A stretch of DNA of 59,777 nt, counting the filler. It is 5 parts of 5 records of this genome, joined end to end, with 100 filler letters (N's around TTAATTAATTAA, not from the genome) between each part and the next. Parts side by side here need not be neighbours in the genome. Positions count along the whole stretch, not along the records: positions 28,388 to 42,836 come from SRR22947727_2771; positions 42,937 to 51,832 come from SRR22947727_2773; positions 51,933 to 59,777 come from SRR22947727_2775; 2 more parts are not named here. The stretch is one strand, 5' to 3'. The notes beneath the pieces are model-generated. The model was not told where the DNA came from, searched no databases, and was given only the letters and a program-made list of their open reading frames with translations. Every line of letters starts with the position of its first letter. Position 1 is the stretch's first letter. The translations under genes and the position numbers were made by a program. Of the stretch, positions 40,938-53,728 are shown in pieces.

Positions 40938-42836
40938 ATGGACTTCGGAAGAGCGCACCATGCCCGCGAGGACACTCCTTGCCAGGCCGGAGATTGGCGA
41001 CAGTCCCCCTTGTTTGGCCAGCTGCCCACCCTCCACCACCACGGCTCCCAGCTGCCGCCGAGGGCGCCGATGATCGGTGAGCGGGGGTCAGTTCAGTTCC
41101 TTCCGAATCTCAATGGCCCGTCAATGCATTCCCCGTTTCAATGGGGCCAGCCTTGGGGTTTGAACCTGCCTGGCCAGAGCCCCCCAGTGCTGCCGTTAAA
41201 CCAGTCCCCCCAAGTCAACCAGCCTCCCCAAATCGACCAGAGAAGGCCGAGCCCAGGCTTTTCTAGCCTTCAAAATAAGCACAGTATCCAGCAGTGGTTA
41301 GACCGGGCGACCATGGCCCACGAGAAGGCCAAGTCAGTTTTCAGTATCGTCAGCAAGGCATGCCAGTCGACGGACTGCAGTGCGTCCGATGTCCAGCGCC
41401 TTATATACGTCTCCTTTGAACAACTGGTGCGGAACTTGGACTATCTGGCAGCAGCAAAGGCGCTCAAGGCGACGACCATTCAGGAGAGACAGTGGTCCAC
41501 CGAACCCAATGGGCAGGGCTTCCGCATGGCGGGGAAGGAAGCCGAGGGGTACATCGATAAGAATAACATTGACCCGATTCGATTGATTCACAGCGTGGCC
41601 GACGACGGGTTGCTCGAATCCAGGCCGGTCCATGCCGTCGCAGAGGAGAATGTGGTCGAGCAGCAGCGGGCGTCCTGGTTTCGACAGACCGCCAAACAGG
41701 CGGCAAGCATGGCAGACATCCCACTCTACACGGAACAAGACTCCCTTTTGGAGCAGGGTGAGTGTCAGTACGCAGTTGACAGGGAGAAGGCTGTGTCCTC
41801 AGGCCCCCTTCGGACGGCAGTTATTCCCCAGTCCAATCCGGTGCAGGAGGACAAAGAGTTTCCCACCACGATTCCTCCGGGAGGGCCTCCCTTGCACGTA
41901 CAAGGGCATCACAACACACAGACAGGGACAAATCCGCCTTCTTATGCGCAAGGAAACGGCGATTTACATCCCATCCTCGTCAAAGAGGGCTTTCTCGTGT
42001 CAACAGGCACCTTTGATCGCCGGTCACACAACACGTGGAACGACCTATCTGCGAGGTATGACGGGGCCATCACGAATCTGCCCTGGTCCGGACAAGACGA
42101 CATCCTGGGGAGCGCTCCAACCATGGCCGTCGTGGCAGAGGACGTCATGGACGACTTCAACCTGCCTGGCGACGGCACTTTGATCAAAGACCCCCGGCCT
42201 GCCAAGTCCATAAGCTCCACCAAGGACGGAGATGGGCCAGGGGCCGCCGGTGCGACGGCTGGTGACTCACAAAATCCTGCATCCAAGGAATCAGCGGGGA
42301 AGACCCTGTCCTGCATTCCATCATGCTTTTGTGGCGATACTTGTGAGAGGAAACACTCGGCGGGCTGCATGGCGTACTTTGGATGCAAGCATTCCAAGTG
42401 CGGGGCCCACATTCCAATAGTTGATGTCGCCATGCCCAATAGCACCAACGACGATTCCGGGACATTGGCCGTGCAGGACTCGTTGCTGACGGTGATCCCG
42501 GGCGGAGGAGGTGCCATCGCTGCGGAGAAGGGCAGTGCTGACGACAGCGCCAAAGCCAAGAGCAAAGCGAAGACCTCCCCCAAGAGAAAGCGAAACAATG
42601 ACCACGAGATTGATTCCTTGCCTGACGGTCCACCGAGTCCAGTCAGAAGGCTCGTATGCACTGGCGGTGGCGCAAACGCAAACACACCTGCTCCCGTTGA
42701 TGATCTGGGACCTCGTCTGGCGAACACCAACATGGTGTTCGCCTTGTCGCCGAAGCCCAAGAGGCCTCCGGCGGCTGGAGCAGGCGGCGCACCCATAGAT
42801 GGGCTCACCGGGGACGTCGATGGAGCACAATCCATC
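40938..42836 (+). CDS. Hypothetical low-complexity algal protein; 3'-truncated
   Basis: An ORF of more than 630 aa, Pro/Gln-rich, with a Cys cluster (CFCGDTC...YFGCKHSKCG, GRF-zinc-finger-like) and a PKRKR NLS. Confidence 0.6.
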
Positions 42837-42936
42837 NNNNNNNNNNNNNNNNNNNNNNNNNNNNNNNNNNNNNNNNNNNNTTAATTAATTAANNNNNNNN
42901 NNNNNNNNNNNNNNNNNNNNNNNNNNNNNNNNNNNN
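42837..42936. other. Artificial contig linker
   Basis: N-run + TTAATTAATTAA + N-run. Confidence 0.99.
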
Positions 42937-43943
<1,007 letters not shown>

Positions 43944-43954
<11 letters not shown>

Positions 43955-44543
43955 ATTGTTCTCTAATAATATCTAAATCAGCTTTTATAGCATTATCAAA
44001 ACAAGTATTTATAAAATCTGCTGTTATCAACGCTGTAAGACCCCATATTGTTTGATCATTATAAACCCAACTTGGGACTATTACATTTGTATTCTTTCTT
44101 TCTATATTATGTTCACGAGCGTTATTTATTAAAAAATCTAACGGCACCGTAAATGTATGAGCTATCTCATCATTATCTATAAAATTTTGCCTTTTTGTAA
44201 CTAGGCCTATGAATGGATTTACTTCTATTTTATGTTTTGAAATTAAATAGTTAAGAGAACCAAGATAGGTAACATCATTTATGTTCAAATTAATTTCTTC
44301 ATTAGATTCTCTTAATGAGGTTTCATACAAATCCTTATCGCCTTCTTCCCATTTCCCTCCGGGAAAACTAACTTCGCCTGAATGTGTTGAGACTTTGGCT
44401 GATCGCTGCGTAAATATAACTTCTGGGTTTTCAATGAACTCATCGTGATAGAGAATACCTATAAAAACACCTGCCTTTTTAAGGGAAGTTGGCTTAATAG
44501 GATTTAGTTTTTCTAGCTTTTGCTTTATGCTGTCTATCATCAA
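43944..44543 (-). CDS. CoA pyrophosphatase (NudL-like Nudix)
   Basis: It has TQRS...[10 protein letters not shown], the Nudix box RESNEE and IWGLTA. Confidence 0.9.
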
Positions 44544-44594
44544 GTGTAGTTTAACTTCTTAAACAAACTTATACTTTAATTGGGAATAAAAAAA

Positions 44595-45134
44595 TTGAAA
44601 TACTGTTCAAACTGCGGAAGCTCAAAAATCGAATTTGTCATCCCTGAGGATGATCATATAAAGAGATACTGCTGTTCTGAATGTGAAAATATATTCTATA
44701 CAAACCCTAATATGATTGTAGGGGCATTGTGTATAAGGGATGAGAAGATTCTTATGGCAAAGAGGAATATTCATCCCAGAAAGGGTTTGTGGACATTGCC
44801 TGCAGGCTTTATGGAAAATGCTGAAACTCTTCAAGCTGGTGCTTTAAGAGAGACTATGGAAGAAACAGGGTCTGAAGCAAAAGTTATCATGCCTTATACA
44901 ATGTTCAGTCTTCCTCATATCAATCAAGTGCATTTATTTTATTTAGCTGATTTACTAGATGAGAATTTTGGTCCCACTTCAGAGTCCATGGAGGTAAAAC
45001 TCTTTGATAAAGATGAAATTCTTTGGAATGAGTTAGCGTTTCCTACTGTCGAGAGAACCTTAAAATACTATATTGAAGACAGTAAAAATAATGAGTTCAT
45101 TTTTAGAGAAGAAGATATAACTCTTTGGAAATAA
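44595..45134 (+). CDS. Nudix hydrolase with N-terminal zinc ribbon
   Basis: It has KYCSNCG...CSEC and WTLPAGFME...ALRETMEE. The TTG start at 44595 is assumed. Confidence 0.9.
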   Translation: MKYCSNCGSSKIEFVIPEDDHIKRYCCSECENIFYTNPNMIVGALCIRDEKILMAKRNIHPRKGLWTLPAGFMENAETLQAGALRETMEETGSEAKVIMPYTMFSLPHINQVHLFYLADLLDENFGPTSESMEVKLFDKDEILWNELAFPTVERTLKYYIEDSKNNEFIFREEDITLWK

Positions 45135-45136
45135 GA

Positions 45137-48100
45137 TTAATTTAGAGATTTTCTAGCATTTATAAATATCTGCATCCAGGGTGAAAACTCTTTCCAATGT
45201 TCAGGTCTCCAGCTCATTTGTAATTTTCTAAAAACTCTTTCAGGATGAGGCATCATTATAGTCACTCTTCCATCAGCTGCAGTTATTCCAGTCACTCCTT
45301 CAGCAGACCCATTTGGATTTAGAGGATATGTTTCAGTATTATTTTCATTCGAATCAACGAAGATTAATGCTATTTGATTATTAGAAATTAAATGGTCTAA
45401 ATTGTCTTGGCTAAATTTAGCATGACCTTCACCATGAGCCGATGCTATGGGCATACTCCATCCCTCCATTCCTCTAAGAAGAATTGAATCACTCTTTTGG
45501 ATTTTGACTTGTGCTAGTCTAGCCTCAAACTGATCAGATAAATTCTTTTCAAATGAAGGCCAAGATTCAGCACCTGGAATAATATCTTTTAATTTAGATA
45601 CCATCTGACATCCGTTGCATACTCCAAGGGTAAAAGTTGAAGTGCTATTAAAAAATGCCTCAAATTGATCTTTAACTAAATTATTATGCAATATTGTTTT
45701 TGACCAACCACCGCCAGCACCAAGAACATCACCGTATGAAAACCCACCACATGCAGCCAGACCATTAAATTCTTTTAGGCTAACATTGTTATCGAGCAAG
45801 TCTTGCATATGAACATCTACTGCCTCAAATCCAGCTAGAGTAAATGCAGCAGCCATCTCCATCTGACCGTTTACACCCTGCTCTCTAAGAATTGCGACCT
45901 TTGGTTTAGAATCTAAAATATTAAAACTTTCTAAAATTGATTCATCAAAGGATTCATTAGAAAAAAGCCCTGAATGCTCAACATCATCCAATAGATTTAA
46001 TTCTGAATCAGCTATTGTTTTGTTATCTCTTATTGATTGAATTGCATGGCTGGCCTCTCTCCAATATCTTTCTAAAGTAAGAACAGATTCTGAAAAGAAA
46101 TTTTCTGATTCACTTCTAATAGTAATATTTTTGCTATCTGAAATTGAGCCAATGACATTTACAGACAATCCTGTAGATAGGAGTTTTTCTTGTATGTTTT
46201 CAATATCTGATTCAGCTACTTGTAATACTAATCCTGTCTCTTCAGCAAAGAAATATTCATTTAAATTTTCTTCATTTAGTTTTGAATCAAATATATCAAG
46301 GCCTATTTTCTTAGTAAAAGCCATTTCTAAAAGAGAAGTTATTAAGCCGCCATCAGAAACATCATGAAGAGCCAATATTCTCTTTCTAGCTACTAATTCC
46401 TGAATAGAATTAAACATCTCTTTTAATAAATTCATATCATCAATATCTGGTGTATTGATGAAATTGGATTGAGTCACTTCAGAAAAAATAGATCCAGACA
46501 TTCTGTTTTTATCATTTAATTTCACATGAATTAATTTTGAAGGAGTATCTATATTCAGCTCAGGAGTAACTGAATTTCTAACATCTGTAACTGGTGCCAT
46601 TGCAGTAATAACTCCAGATAAAGGGCTTTTAACAACTCTCTCAACTGATCCGTCTTCCCATTTTGTTCTCATGGATAAGGAGTCTTTACCAACGGGCACT
46701 GAGATATCTAAATCCACACAAGATTTAGATAGGGCTTCAACACCATCTCTCAATGCTAAATCTTCAACCTCTTCTCCTGTTGCAGCCATCCAGTTTGCTG
46801 ACACTTGAACTTGATCTAGGCCTTTTATTAATACTCCTGACATATTTGTTAAAGCTTCAGCTATAGACATTCTCATAGAAGCAGCAGGATTATTAACTGC
46901 AAGAGTAGGCTTCTCTCCAATAGTTAAAACTTCTCCAGTGTTAGCAGTAAAAGATCGTAAACTCATTGAATAATCTGATACAGGAACTTGGTATGGTCCA
47001 ATGAATTGGTCTCTTGCAACCATGCCTCCCACTGTTCTATCCCCAATAGTTATTAAAAAAGATTTGCTTGATACAGTTGGATGACCAAGTATTTTTTTTA
47101 GACTTTCATTAAATTCAAATTTTGATGAATTATCTTCGTCTTTATTGACTGACTCATATTTTGAAACTGTCATACCAGTAATAGGTAAATCTCCAAATAA
47201 CATAGACAAAGGAACGTTCACTGGATAGGAGTCTGTTTTTGAATCAAAAAGTTTAACTGACTTCTCAGCTGTGGTTATGCCCACAAATGCATATACGCAC
47301 CTTTCTCTTTTACAGATATTTTCAAAAGCTTCTTTATTCTTTGGATGAACAGCCATTACATATCTTTCCTGAGATTCATTAGACCAAATCTCCATAGGTG
47401 ACATGGATTGATCTGAGTTTGGAATCTTATCAAGCTCAATATAAACACCCAGATCAGAATCCTTTGCTAATTCTGGAATGGCATTAGATAAACCGCCAGC
47501 ACCAACATCATGAATAAATTCAATAAAACTATTATCTTGAGAAGAGCATACATTAATTACTTCCTGACACCTTCTCTCCATTTCTGCATTGTCTCTTTGT
47601 ACTGAAGCAAAATCTAAGTCCTCATCGCTGTCTCCAGAAGAAACTGAAGAAGCTGCTCCCCCTCCAAGACCGATTAACATTGCAGGACCACCAAGAACCA
47701 CAACATGATAGCCTTCGGTAATTTGTAATTTAAAATTATTTCTGTCTCTTATTTCACCAATACCACCTGCCAACATAATTGGTTTGTGATAACCAAAAGC
47801 AGTATTGTTATCATTGAATTGTGTCTCATAAGATCTAAAGTACCCAAGGGTAGAAGGTCTTCCAAACTCATTATTAAATGCTGCAGCTCCAATTGGTGCC
47901 TCAATCATAATATCTAAAGGTGAAGCTATTCTTTCTGGTTTATGCTCATCACCTTCCCAGCTTCTTTTCAGATTTGGAATTCTCAGATTAGAAACATTAA
48001 AACCCACTAATCCTATTTTTGGTTTTGCTCCTCTGCCAGTGGCACCCTCATCTCTGATCTCTCCACCAGATCCTGTAGCTGCTCCAGGATATGGAGAAAT

Positions 48101-48982
48101 AGCTGTTGGATGATTGTGTGTTTCAACTTTAATAGTTGAATTCAGTTTGTCTTGCACAAAACTATAATGATTTTTGTCATTCAAATGTAGTCTTTCTACT
48201 TCCTCACCTTCTGTAATAGCAGCGTTATCTTTATAAGCTGAAATAATCCCATTTGGTGACTGTTTGCTTGTCTCTTTTATAAGATCAAAAAGGCTATTAT
48301 TTTTTGCAGCTCCGTCAATGGTCCATTTAGCATTGAATATCTTGTGCCTGCAGTGCTCAGAATTAGCTTGAGCGAACATCATAAGCTCAGCATCTGTAGG
48401 GTTTCTAGCTGCTTTTGAGTAAAAATCATACAAATATTCAATTTCATCGTTACTCATTGCAAATCCAAAGCTTTTATTGGCTTCTTGAAGGGTTTTTATG
48501 CCTCCAGCAATAATATCAATAACACTGACTGCCCTTTGTGAGTCTATGTTTAAAAAATCTTTGCATTCTTCGTAATCAAAATAAATAGATTGTGTCATAC
48601 GATCAATAAACATTGATAAATCTAAATCAGCATCTTGTGAAAAATGAGAAATATGAAATCCATAGAATTTTTCAATTCTGCTGACATCTTTTACACCAAC
48701 ATTTTTAATAATGTCTTCGGTTTTTGATGACCAGGGAGAAATAGTTCCAGATCTAGGACCAACTAAAAAAGAAAATGTTTCCAATAAATCGTTGGCATTT
48801 AAAATATTTTTTAGATCACTAAGATTTAGTTCATGATTTTCTGAAGCTAAAATATATATTTCATTTGAAGTAATTTCAGCGTTTTGATTATTTGATTTGT
48901 TGAAGTCGAGGTTGAGTTGCTCTAACTTGGAGTCTGAAAAACTTTTTTTGCCTTGCAATATAAAGGTATTAGTCTTTGACAC
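45137..48982 (-). CDS. purL: Phosphoribosylformylglycinamidine synthase (large type)
   Basis: It has NSEHCRHKIFNA, KVETHNHPT, HDVGAGG, GVCNGCQ and MPHPER. Confidence 0.97.
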   Translation of the reverse strand: MSKTNTFILQGKKSFSDSKLEQLNLDFNKSNNQNAEITSNEIYILASENHELNLSDLKNILNANDLLETFSFLVGPRSGTISPWSSKTEDIIKNVGVKDVSRIEKFYGFHISHFSQDADLDLSMFIDRMTQSIYFDYEECKDFLNIDSQRAVSVIDIIAGGIKTLQEANKSFGFAMSNDEIEYLYDFYSKAARNPTDAELMMFAQANSEHCRHKIFNAKWTIDGAAKNNSLFDLIKETSKQSPNGIISAYKDNAAITEGEEVERLHLNDKNHYSFVQDKLNSTIKVETHNHPTAISPYPGAATGSGGEIRDEGATGRGAKPKIGLVGFNVSNLRIPNLKRSWEGDEHKPERIASPLDIMIEAPIGAAAFNNEFGRPSTLGYFRSYETQFNDNNTAFGYHKPIMLAGGIGEIRDRNNFKLQITEGYHVVVLGGPAMLIGLGGGAASSVSSGDSDEDLDFASVQRDNAEMERRCQEVINVCSSQDNSFIEFIHDVGAGGLSNAIPELAKDSDLGVYIELDKIPNSDQSMSPMEIWSNESQERYVMAVHPKNKEAFENICKRERCVYAFVGITTAEKSVKLFDSKTDSYPVNVPLSMLFGDLPITGMTVSKYESVNKDEDNSSKFEFNESLKKILGHPTVSSKSFLITIGDRTVGGMVARDQFIGPYQVPVSDYSMSLRSFTANTGEVLTIGEKPTLAVNNPAASMRMSIAEALTNMSGVLIKGLDQVQVSANWMAATGEEVEDLALRDGVEALSKSCVDLDISVPVGKDSLSMRTKWEDGSVERVVKSPLSGVITAMAPVTDVRNSVTPELNIDTPSKLIHVKLNDKNRMSGSIFSEVTQSNFINTPDIDDMNLLKEMFNSIQELVARKRILALHDVSDGGLITSLLEMAFTKKIGLDIFDSKLNEENLNEYFFAEETGLVLQVAESDIENIQEKLLSTGLSVNVIGSISDSKNITIRSESENFFSESVLTLERYWREASHAIQSIRDNKTIADSELNLLDDVEHSGLFSNESFDESILESFNILDSKPKVAILREQGVNGQMEMAAAFTLAGFEAVDVHMQDLLDNNVSLKEFNGLAACGGFSYGDVLGAGGGWSKTILHNNLVKDQFEAFFNSTSTFTLGVCNGCQMVSKLKDIIPGAESWPSFEKNLSDQFEARLAQVKIQKSDSILLRGMEGWSMPIASAHGEGHAKFSQDNLDHLISNNQIALIFVDSNENNTETYPLNPNGSAEGVTGITAADGRVTIMMPHPERVFRKLQMSWRPEHWKEFSPWMQIFINARKSLN

Positions 48983-49044
48983 TTTTCTCAGTCTGAAATA
49001 TTGTATACAACAATTATAAAGTCTTTTAAAAGAAATAATTAAAA

Positions 49045-49770
49045 ATGGGGAATATCTTTAAACTTTTTTTCAGTCTAACAGCTCTAGTTGTTCTAACTTC
49101 ATGCGATGTTTTTTTAGTTCAAAATGATGACGGTTTTCAGTGTGAAACTCATCTTGAAAAAGTCTATGAAAAAACTCCTCTAAATAATTTTGAGCAAACA
49201 AAATTTAAAAATCTTTTAGAAAATCGATTTCCAAAATATAAAGAAATGTTTGAACAAGCCGCTGAACAAACCGCTATTGATTCCGATCTTTTAGCCGCTA
49301 TTTCTTTTCAAGAATCACAGTGGGATCCAAGAGCAAAATCTAATATGGGTGTAAGAGGAATGATGATGGTTACCCTTGAAACAGCTGCCATAGTTGGTGT
49401 TGAAAAACGATTAAATCCTGAACAAAATATTACAGGTGGTGCTAAATATTTAGCTATGCTTCAAGACAGAAATGTTTATGGAAAAACTACCGCAGATCAA
49501 TTATCTATATCATTAGCTAAATATAATTTAGGTCCAACAAATATTATTAATATTGCTAAAGAAATAGATAAAATTCCTGCAGAAATAACCTGGCCTGATA
49601 TAGAAAATAAACTTAAAAATATTACTGGCGAAGATGTAAATCTAGTAGATTTTAATGGATATTCTAGAGGGCAACAGGCAATAGATTATGTCTATAGAAT
49701 AAGAAGTTACTATAAGCTTTTAGCAGCTCACTCCTGTACTCATCCTAAAGATCAATTAACTTTCTTTTAA
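49045..49770 (+). CDS. Lipoprotein lytic transglycosylase (MltF-like SLT domain only)
   Basis: It has the lipobox [25 protein letters not shown] and GYSRG..A.DYV, and is divergent from purL as mltF is in many Gammaproteobacteria. Confidence 0.82.
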   Translation: MGNIFKLFFSLTALVVLTSCDVFLVQNDDGFQCETHLEKVYEKTPLNNFEQTKFKNLLENRFPKYKEMFEQAAEQTAIDSDLLAAISFQESQWDPRAKSNMGVRGMMMVTLETAAIVGVEKRLNPEQNITGGAKYLAMLQDRNVYGKTTADQLSISLAKYNLGPTNIINIAKEIDKIPAEITWPDIENKLKNITGEDVNLVDFNGYSRGQQAIDYVYRIRSYYKLLAAHSCTHPKDQLTFF

Positions 49771-51754
49771 GGAATTTCATCTTATCCCTGCATTGTGCAG
49801 CTTTCTCAAATTCCATATCTTTTGCGAATTTATACATCTCATTTTCAATCTTTTCGATGGACTCACTTAAGCCCTCAACTGTGTCTTCTTTAATTTTAAA
49901 AGGTAGAGATTTTTCAATGTCTTCCTTCTTAACTTTTTCTTTACCTTTAACAATTCTTGCTCCTTCCATAATGTCTTTGACTTTCGTATTTATGGATTTA
50001 GGAGTTATATTATTTTCTTGATTATATTTTTCTTGGATGGATCTTCTTCGATCTGTTTCTGCAATTGCTCGCTCCATTGATCCTGTAATTTTATCTGCAT
50101 ATAAAATTGCTTTACCTCTTAAATTTCTAGCCGCCCTTCCTATGGTTTGAATCATGGTTGTCTCAGATCTTAAAAATCCTTCTTTATCTGCATCTAAAAT
50201 TGCAACCAAACTAACCTCAGGAATATCTAATCCTTCTCGTAGTAAATTAATTCCTACTAGAACATCAAACTTACCAAGTCTGAGATCACGAATAATCTCA
50301 ACACGTTCAACAGTATCTGTATCCGAATGCATGTATCTTGCAGAAATTCCATTTTCATCAAGATAGTCTGTTAGGTCTTCAGCCATTCTTTTTGTAAGGG
50401 TGGTAATTAAGACTCTTTCTTTAAGAGCAACCCGTTCATTACATTCACCAATCACATCATCAATTTGAGTAGATGCTGGTCGAATTTCAATATCCGGATC
50501 AGTTAGTCCTGTTGGCCTAACCAGCAATTCAACTAAATTATCTTGATGTTCTGCCTCGTATCGGCTTGGTGTAGCTGATACATAGACTCTTTGGGGCGCT
50601 AAAAGCTCCCATTCATCAAATTTTAGAGGTCTATTATCCATTGCTGATGGTAGTCTAAAGCCATATTCTACAAGGGTTTCCTTCCTTGAACGGTCTCCTT
50701 TATACATAGCGCCTATTTGAGGCACAGAAACATGAGATTCATCTATAAAAACTATGGCATTTTTAGGTATATAGTCGAATAAACATGGCGGGGATTCGCC
50801 AGGATTTCTTCCTGAGAGATATCTAGAGTAATTTTCAACACCTTGGCAATATCCAAGCTCTCTCATCATTTCTATGTCGTAATTTGTTCTTTCCTCAAGT
50901 CTTTGAGCTTCCACCAGCTTATTTATAGATCTTAAATACTCTAACCTCTCCTTTAGCTCATCTTTAATACTATCAATACAATTTAAAACAGTTTCTTTAG
51001 GAGTGACGTAATGTGTTTTTGGAAATATTGTTGCTCGCGGCACTTCATTGATAACTGCTCCAGTAAGTGGATCAAACCAAGACAATTTTTCTATCTCATC
51101 ACCAAATAACTCAATTCTCAATGCTTCACTATCGGAATCTGCTGGGTAAACATCAATAGTATCTCCCCTCACCCTAAAAGTTGCTCTTCTAAAATCTAAA
51201 TCGTTACGTGTGTATTGCAAAGAAGAAAATCTTCGCAGCAAGTTTCTTTGATCAATAATGTCACCTCTGTCTAAATGGACCACCATTTTCAAATAAGACT
51301 CTGGCGCACCAAGGCCGTATATTGAGGAGACTGTTGCTATAACAATGGTGTCTTTTCTCTCTAGCAATGCTTTTGTTGCAGACAATCTCATTTGCTCTAT
51401 GTGTTCATTGATAGAAGCATCTTTAGCAATATAAGTATCGGAGGTTGGTACGTAAGCTTCAGGCTGATAATAATCATAGTAAGAAACAAAATACTCTACA
51501 GAATTCTCTGGAAAGAAATCTTTAAACTCACCATAGAGTTGAGCTGCCAGTGTTTTGTTATGAGCCATGATGATTGCAGGCCTTTGAGTCTCCTCAATAA
51601 CCTTAGCCATAGTGTAGGTTTTGCCAGACCCGGTCACCCCTAATAGGGTCTGATGCAGCAGTCCATCTTCAAGACCACCAACTAAACTTTTAATAGCATC
51701 AGGCTGAGATCCTGCTGGCTCAAAATTAGATACTACCTTTAATGCTTTTGTCAT
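49745..51754 (-). CDS. uvrB: Excinuclease ABC subunit B
   Basis: It has [32 protein letters not shown] and a C-terminal UVR domain (FEKAA). Confidence 0.98.
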   Translation of the reverse strand: MTKALKVVSNFEPAGSQPDAIKSLVGGLEDGLLHQTLLGVTGSGKTYTMAKVIEETQRPAIIMAHNKTLAAQLYGEFKDFFPENSVEYFVSYYDYYQPEAYVPTSDTYIAKDASINEHIEQMRLSATKALLERKDTIVIATVSSIYGLGAPESYLKMVVHLDRGDIIDQRNLLRRFSSLQYTRNDLDFRRATFRVRGDTIDVYPADSDSEALRIELFGDEIEKLSWFDPLTGAVINEVPRATIFPKTHYVTPKETVLNCIDSIKDELKERLEYLRSINKLVEAQRLEERTNYDIEMMRELGYCQGVENYSRYLSGRNPGESPPCLFDYIPKNAIVFIDESHVSVPQIGAMYKGDRSRKETLVEYGFRLPSAMDNRPLKFDEWELLAPQRVYVSATPSRYEAEHQDNLVELLVRPTGLTDPDIEIRPASTQIDDVIGECNERVALKERVLITTLTKRMAEDLTDYLDENGISARYMHSDTDTVERVEIIRDLRLGKFDVLVGINLLREGLDIPEVSLVAILDADKEGFLRSETTMIQTIGRAARNLRGKAILYADKITGSMERAIAETDRRRSIQEKYNQENNITPKSINTKVKDIMEGARIVKGKEKVKKEDIEKSLPFKIKEDTVEGLSESIEKIENEMYKFAKDMEFEKAAQCRDKMKFLKRKLIDL

Positions 51755-51795
51755 TTACTTATCTATTAAAAATTACTTATAATGCACATCCGCGT

Positions 51796-51832
51796 TCCCG
51801 AATAGCTCAGCGGTAGAGCAGTTGACTGTTAA
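51796..51832 (+). tRNA. tRNA-Asn(GTT), 5' half only (cut by the contig end)
   Basis: TCCCGAA-TA-GCTCAGCGGTAGAGC-A-GTTGA-CT-GTT-AA gives the acceptor strand, D-arm and anticodon loop. Confidence 0.9.
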
Positions 51833-51932
51833 NNNNNNNNNNNNNNNNNNNNNNNNNNNNNNNNNNNNNNNNNNNNTTAATTAATTAANNNNNNNNNNNN
51901 NNNNNNNNNNNNNNNNNNNNNNNNNNNNNNNN
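51833..51932. other. Artificial contig linker
   Basis: N-run + TTAATTAATTAA + N-run. Confidence 0.99.
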
Positions 51933-51988
51933 CTCCATGTTGGGCGGTCATTTTGTTTTTGGGTTTTGATGCCTAGTTAGGAGTTTAA

Positions 51989-52201
51989 TTGACCGACAGA
52001 TCCGAGTTTCTTGTCAACTATGACGCGCTCCAATTAAATATGAAAATTTTGGGCGATTTTAAAGGTTACTCTCTGCATGAGTTTTGTGATGAAACTCAAC
52101 GCTTTGTCATCGCATCAGAAACATGGGCTTTAAAACCCTACAGCCTGACACTAGCAGACATAGATGAAATCTTAATCGCCCGTCAAAAACTGCTGCAATA
52201 G
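51989..52201 (+). CDS. Hypothetical protein
   Basis: A 70-aa ORF with a TTG start preceded by AGGAG. Confidence 0.45.
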   Translation: MTDRSEFLVNYDALQLNMKILGDFKGYSLHEFCDETQRFVIASETWALKPYSLTLADIDEILIARQKLLQ

Positions 52202-52659
52202 TTCATTCTTTTATAACGGCCCCAAACATCATATTTCTTCCAAAGCTTGCAAGCTGAATTAAGCATCATAAACAGACCAAAGTCTTGATTTTCAATGCTG
52301 CAATATCCGACTAACCGGTCATAAGTTTTTGCGCCAGTTAACTCACATACAGCCTTTGTATTTAAAAACTGTTGAGCTAACCGATTTGCATGCTCACCAC
52401 CTAGCGTACCGCGCTCGGGGCAATCTAATGCGGAAAGCCTTATGGCCACTCCATTTACTTCAATAGTATCTCCATCTCTTACACGTGTTACCTGCCCCTC
52501 AAGGATGTCTCCTGGCTTTGGTAGCGCCGACTTATTAATCTTTTTGTGGCAGTGGTACTTTTGCGAACCTGAATGACAACCATTTCTATCAAGTCTGCCA
52601 CTATGAGCGGAGGCGAAGTTTGCAAGCAGAATAAAGATTAAAGCTAAGACGTATTTCAT
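52183..52659 (-). CDS. Secreted thermonuclease (SNase) with N-terminal YHYH-type motif
   Basis: Signal peptide, HSGRLDRNGCH...YHCH, VRDGDTI, IRLSALDCPE and YDRLVG. Confidence 0.85.
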   Translation of the reverse strand: MKYVLALIFILLANFASAHSGRLDRNGCHSGSQKYHCHKKINKSALPKPGDILEGQVTRVRDGDTIEVNGVAIRLSALDCPERGTLGGEHANRLAQQFLNTKAVCELTGAKTYDRLVGYCSIENQDFGLFMMLNSACKLWKKYDVWGRYKRMNYCSSF

Positions 52660-53469
52660 TCAAACTTTATCCAAACCCTCAAAAAAACGATCTAACTCAT
52701 CATTATCCATATGCACTAAATGTGATGTTTCAGGAAAAGCTCCATTATCGACGTCGTCTACAAATTCTTTAAATGCAGAAATGCGTTCTAGCTGAAGTCG
52801 ATCATACTCTGCCTTGAAATTACGATAGACTTTTGAATGGCGAGGAATATGACCTTCTGTGTATCCTAGAATATCATTCGAAAAGAGATATTGCGCGTCG
52901 CAACCGGCGCCCGCCCCCATCGACCAGACAAGCAGACTTGTGCGTTTCGAAAGTTCTGTTGCGACCTCAACTGGTACAACTTCTAATTCAACCGCAATTG
53001 CGCCAGCATCTTCATAGGATTTTATCTGCTTGAAAAGCTGAAGCGCTTCTTCCGCTGTTTTCCCTACTGCCTTAAAACCACCTGTCCAAGTCGCTCTTGA
53101 AGGTACAAGACCAACATGCCCAACGACAGGTATGAATTCTTTCGCTAGCATTTCCACTGTAGAAAAAGAACCAGAACAATAAACTGCATCAGCGCCGCGC
53201 TCTATAGCAGAGTTACACCATTTAAAGTATTCGTGAGGTGTTCCACATTCAGTATGCGTTTGCCCCGCCATAGAAAAAATACTTGGCGCAACTTCACGGT
53301 ATCGTGGATGAAACAAAATATCTGCTGGAACTGAAGCGATATCAATGCCCGCCGCCTCTGCTGCTGCTGCCTCATCAAGAGAAAAGTACCTCAACATTGT
53401 AAGCTGCTTTTGTCCTTTTAAGGCTCGTAGATCTAAAACTGTTGGAAGTTTACGTTGCTCCATAGACAT
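52660..53469 (-). CDS. Divergent ketopantoate hydroxymethyltransferase-like protein (PanB paralog)
   Basis: It has IPVVGHVGLVP, GGFKAVGK, ELEVVP and GAGAGCDAQ, but the canonical LVGDSLG motif is missing. Confidence 0.8.
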   Translation of the reverse strand: MSMEQRKLPTVLDLRALKGQKQLTMLRYFSLDEAAAAEAAGIDIASVPADILFHPRYREVAPSIFSMAGQTHTECGTPHEYFKWCNSAIERGADAVYCSGSFSTVEMLAKEFIPVVGHVGLVPSRATWTGGFKAVGKTAEEALQLFKQIKSYEDAGAIAVELEVVPVEVATELSKRTSLLVWSMGAGAGCDAQYLFSNDILGYTEGHIPRHSKVYRNFKAEYDRLQLERISAFKEFVDDVDNGAFPETSHLVHMDNDELDRFFEGLDKV

Positions 53470-53728
53470 TTCGGCGTCTCCTAAGTCAGGTCACTTTATT
53501 AGGCTCATGTAGGGCTGAAAGCCCTTGCATAAATCATCATCGCACCGAGAGTTTAACTACTAATCACTCATATTTAAAATAACCTCAAAGAGGATTTTTA
53601 TTCCAAAATCAGAGTAATTGACGAGCTAATTTCTTTGTTTACTAAATTAGTATAATGGAGATTTTCTTACAAATGATTAACATGACAACTTCCTGAAATA
53701 AGCATTCAAAATAAAATTATTGAAGCAA

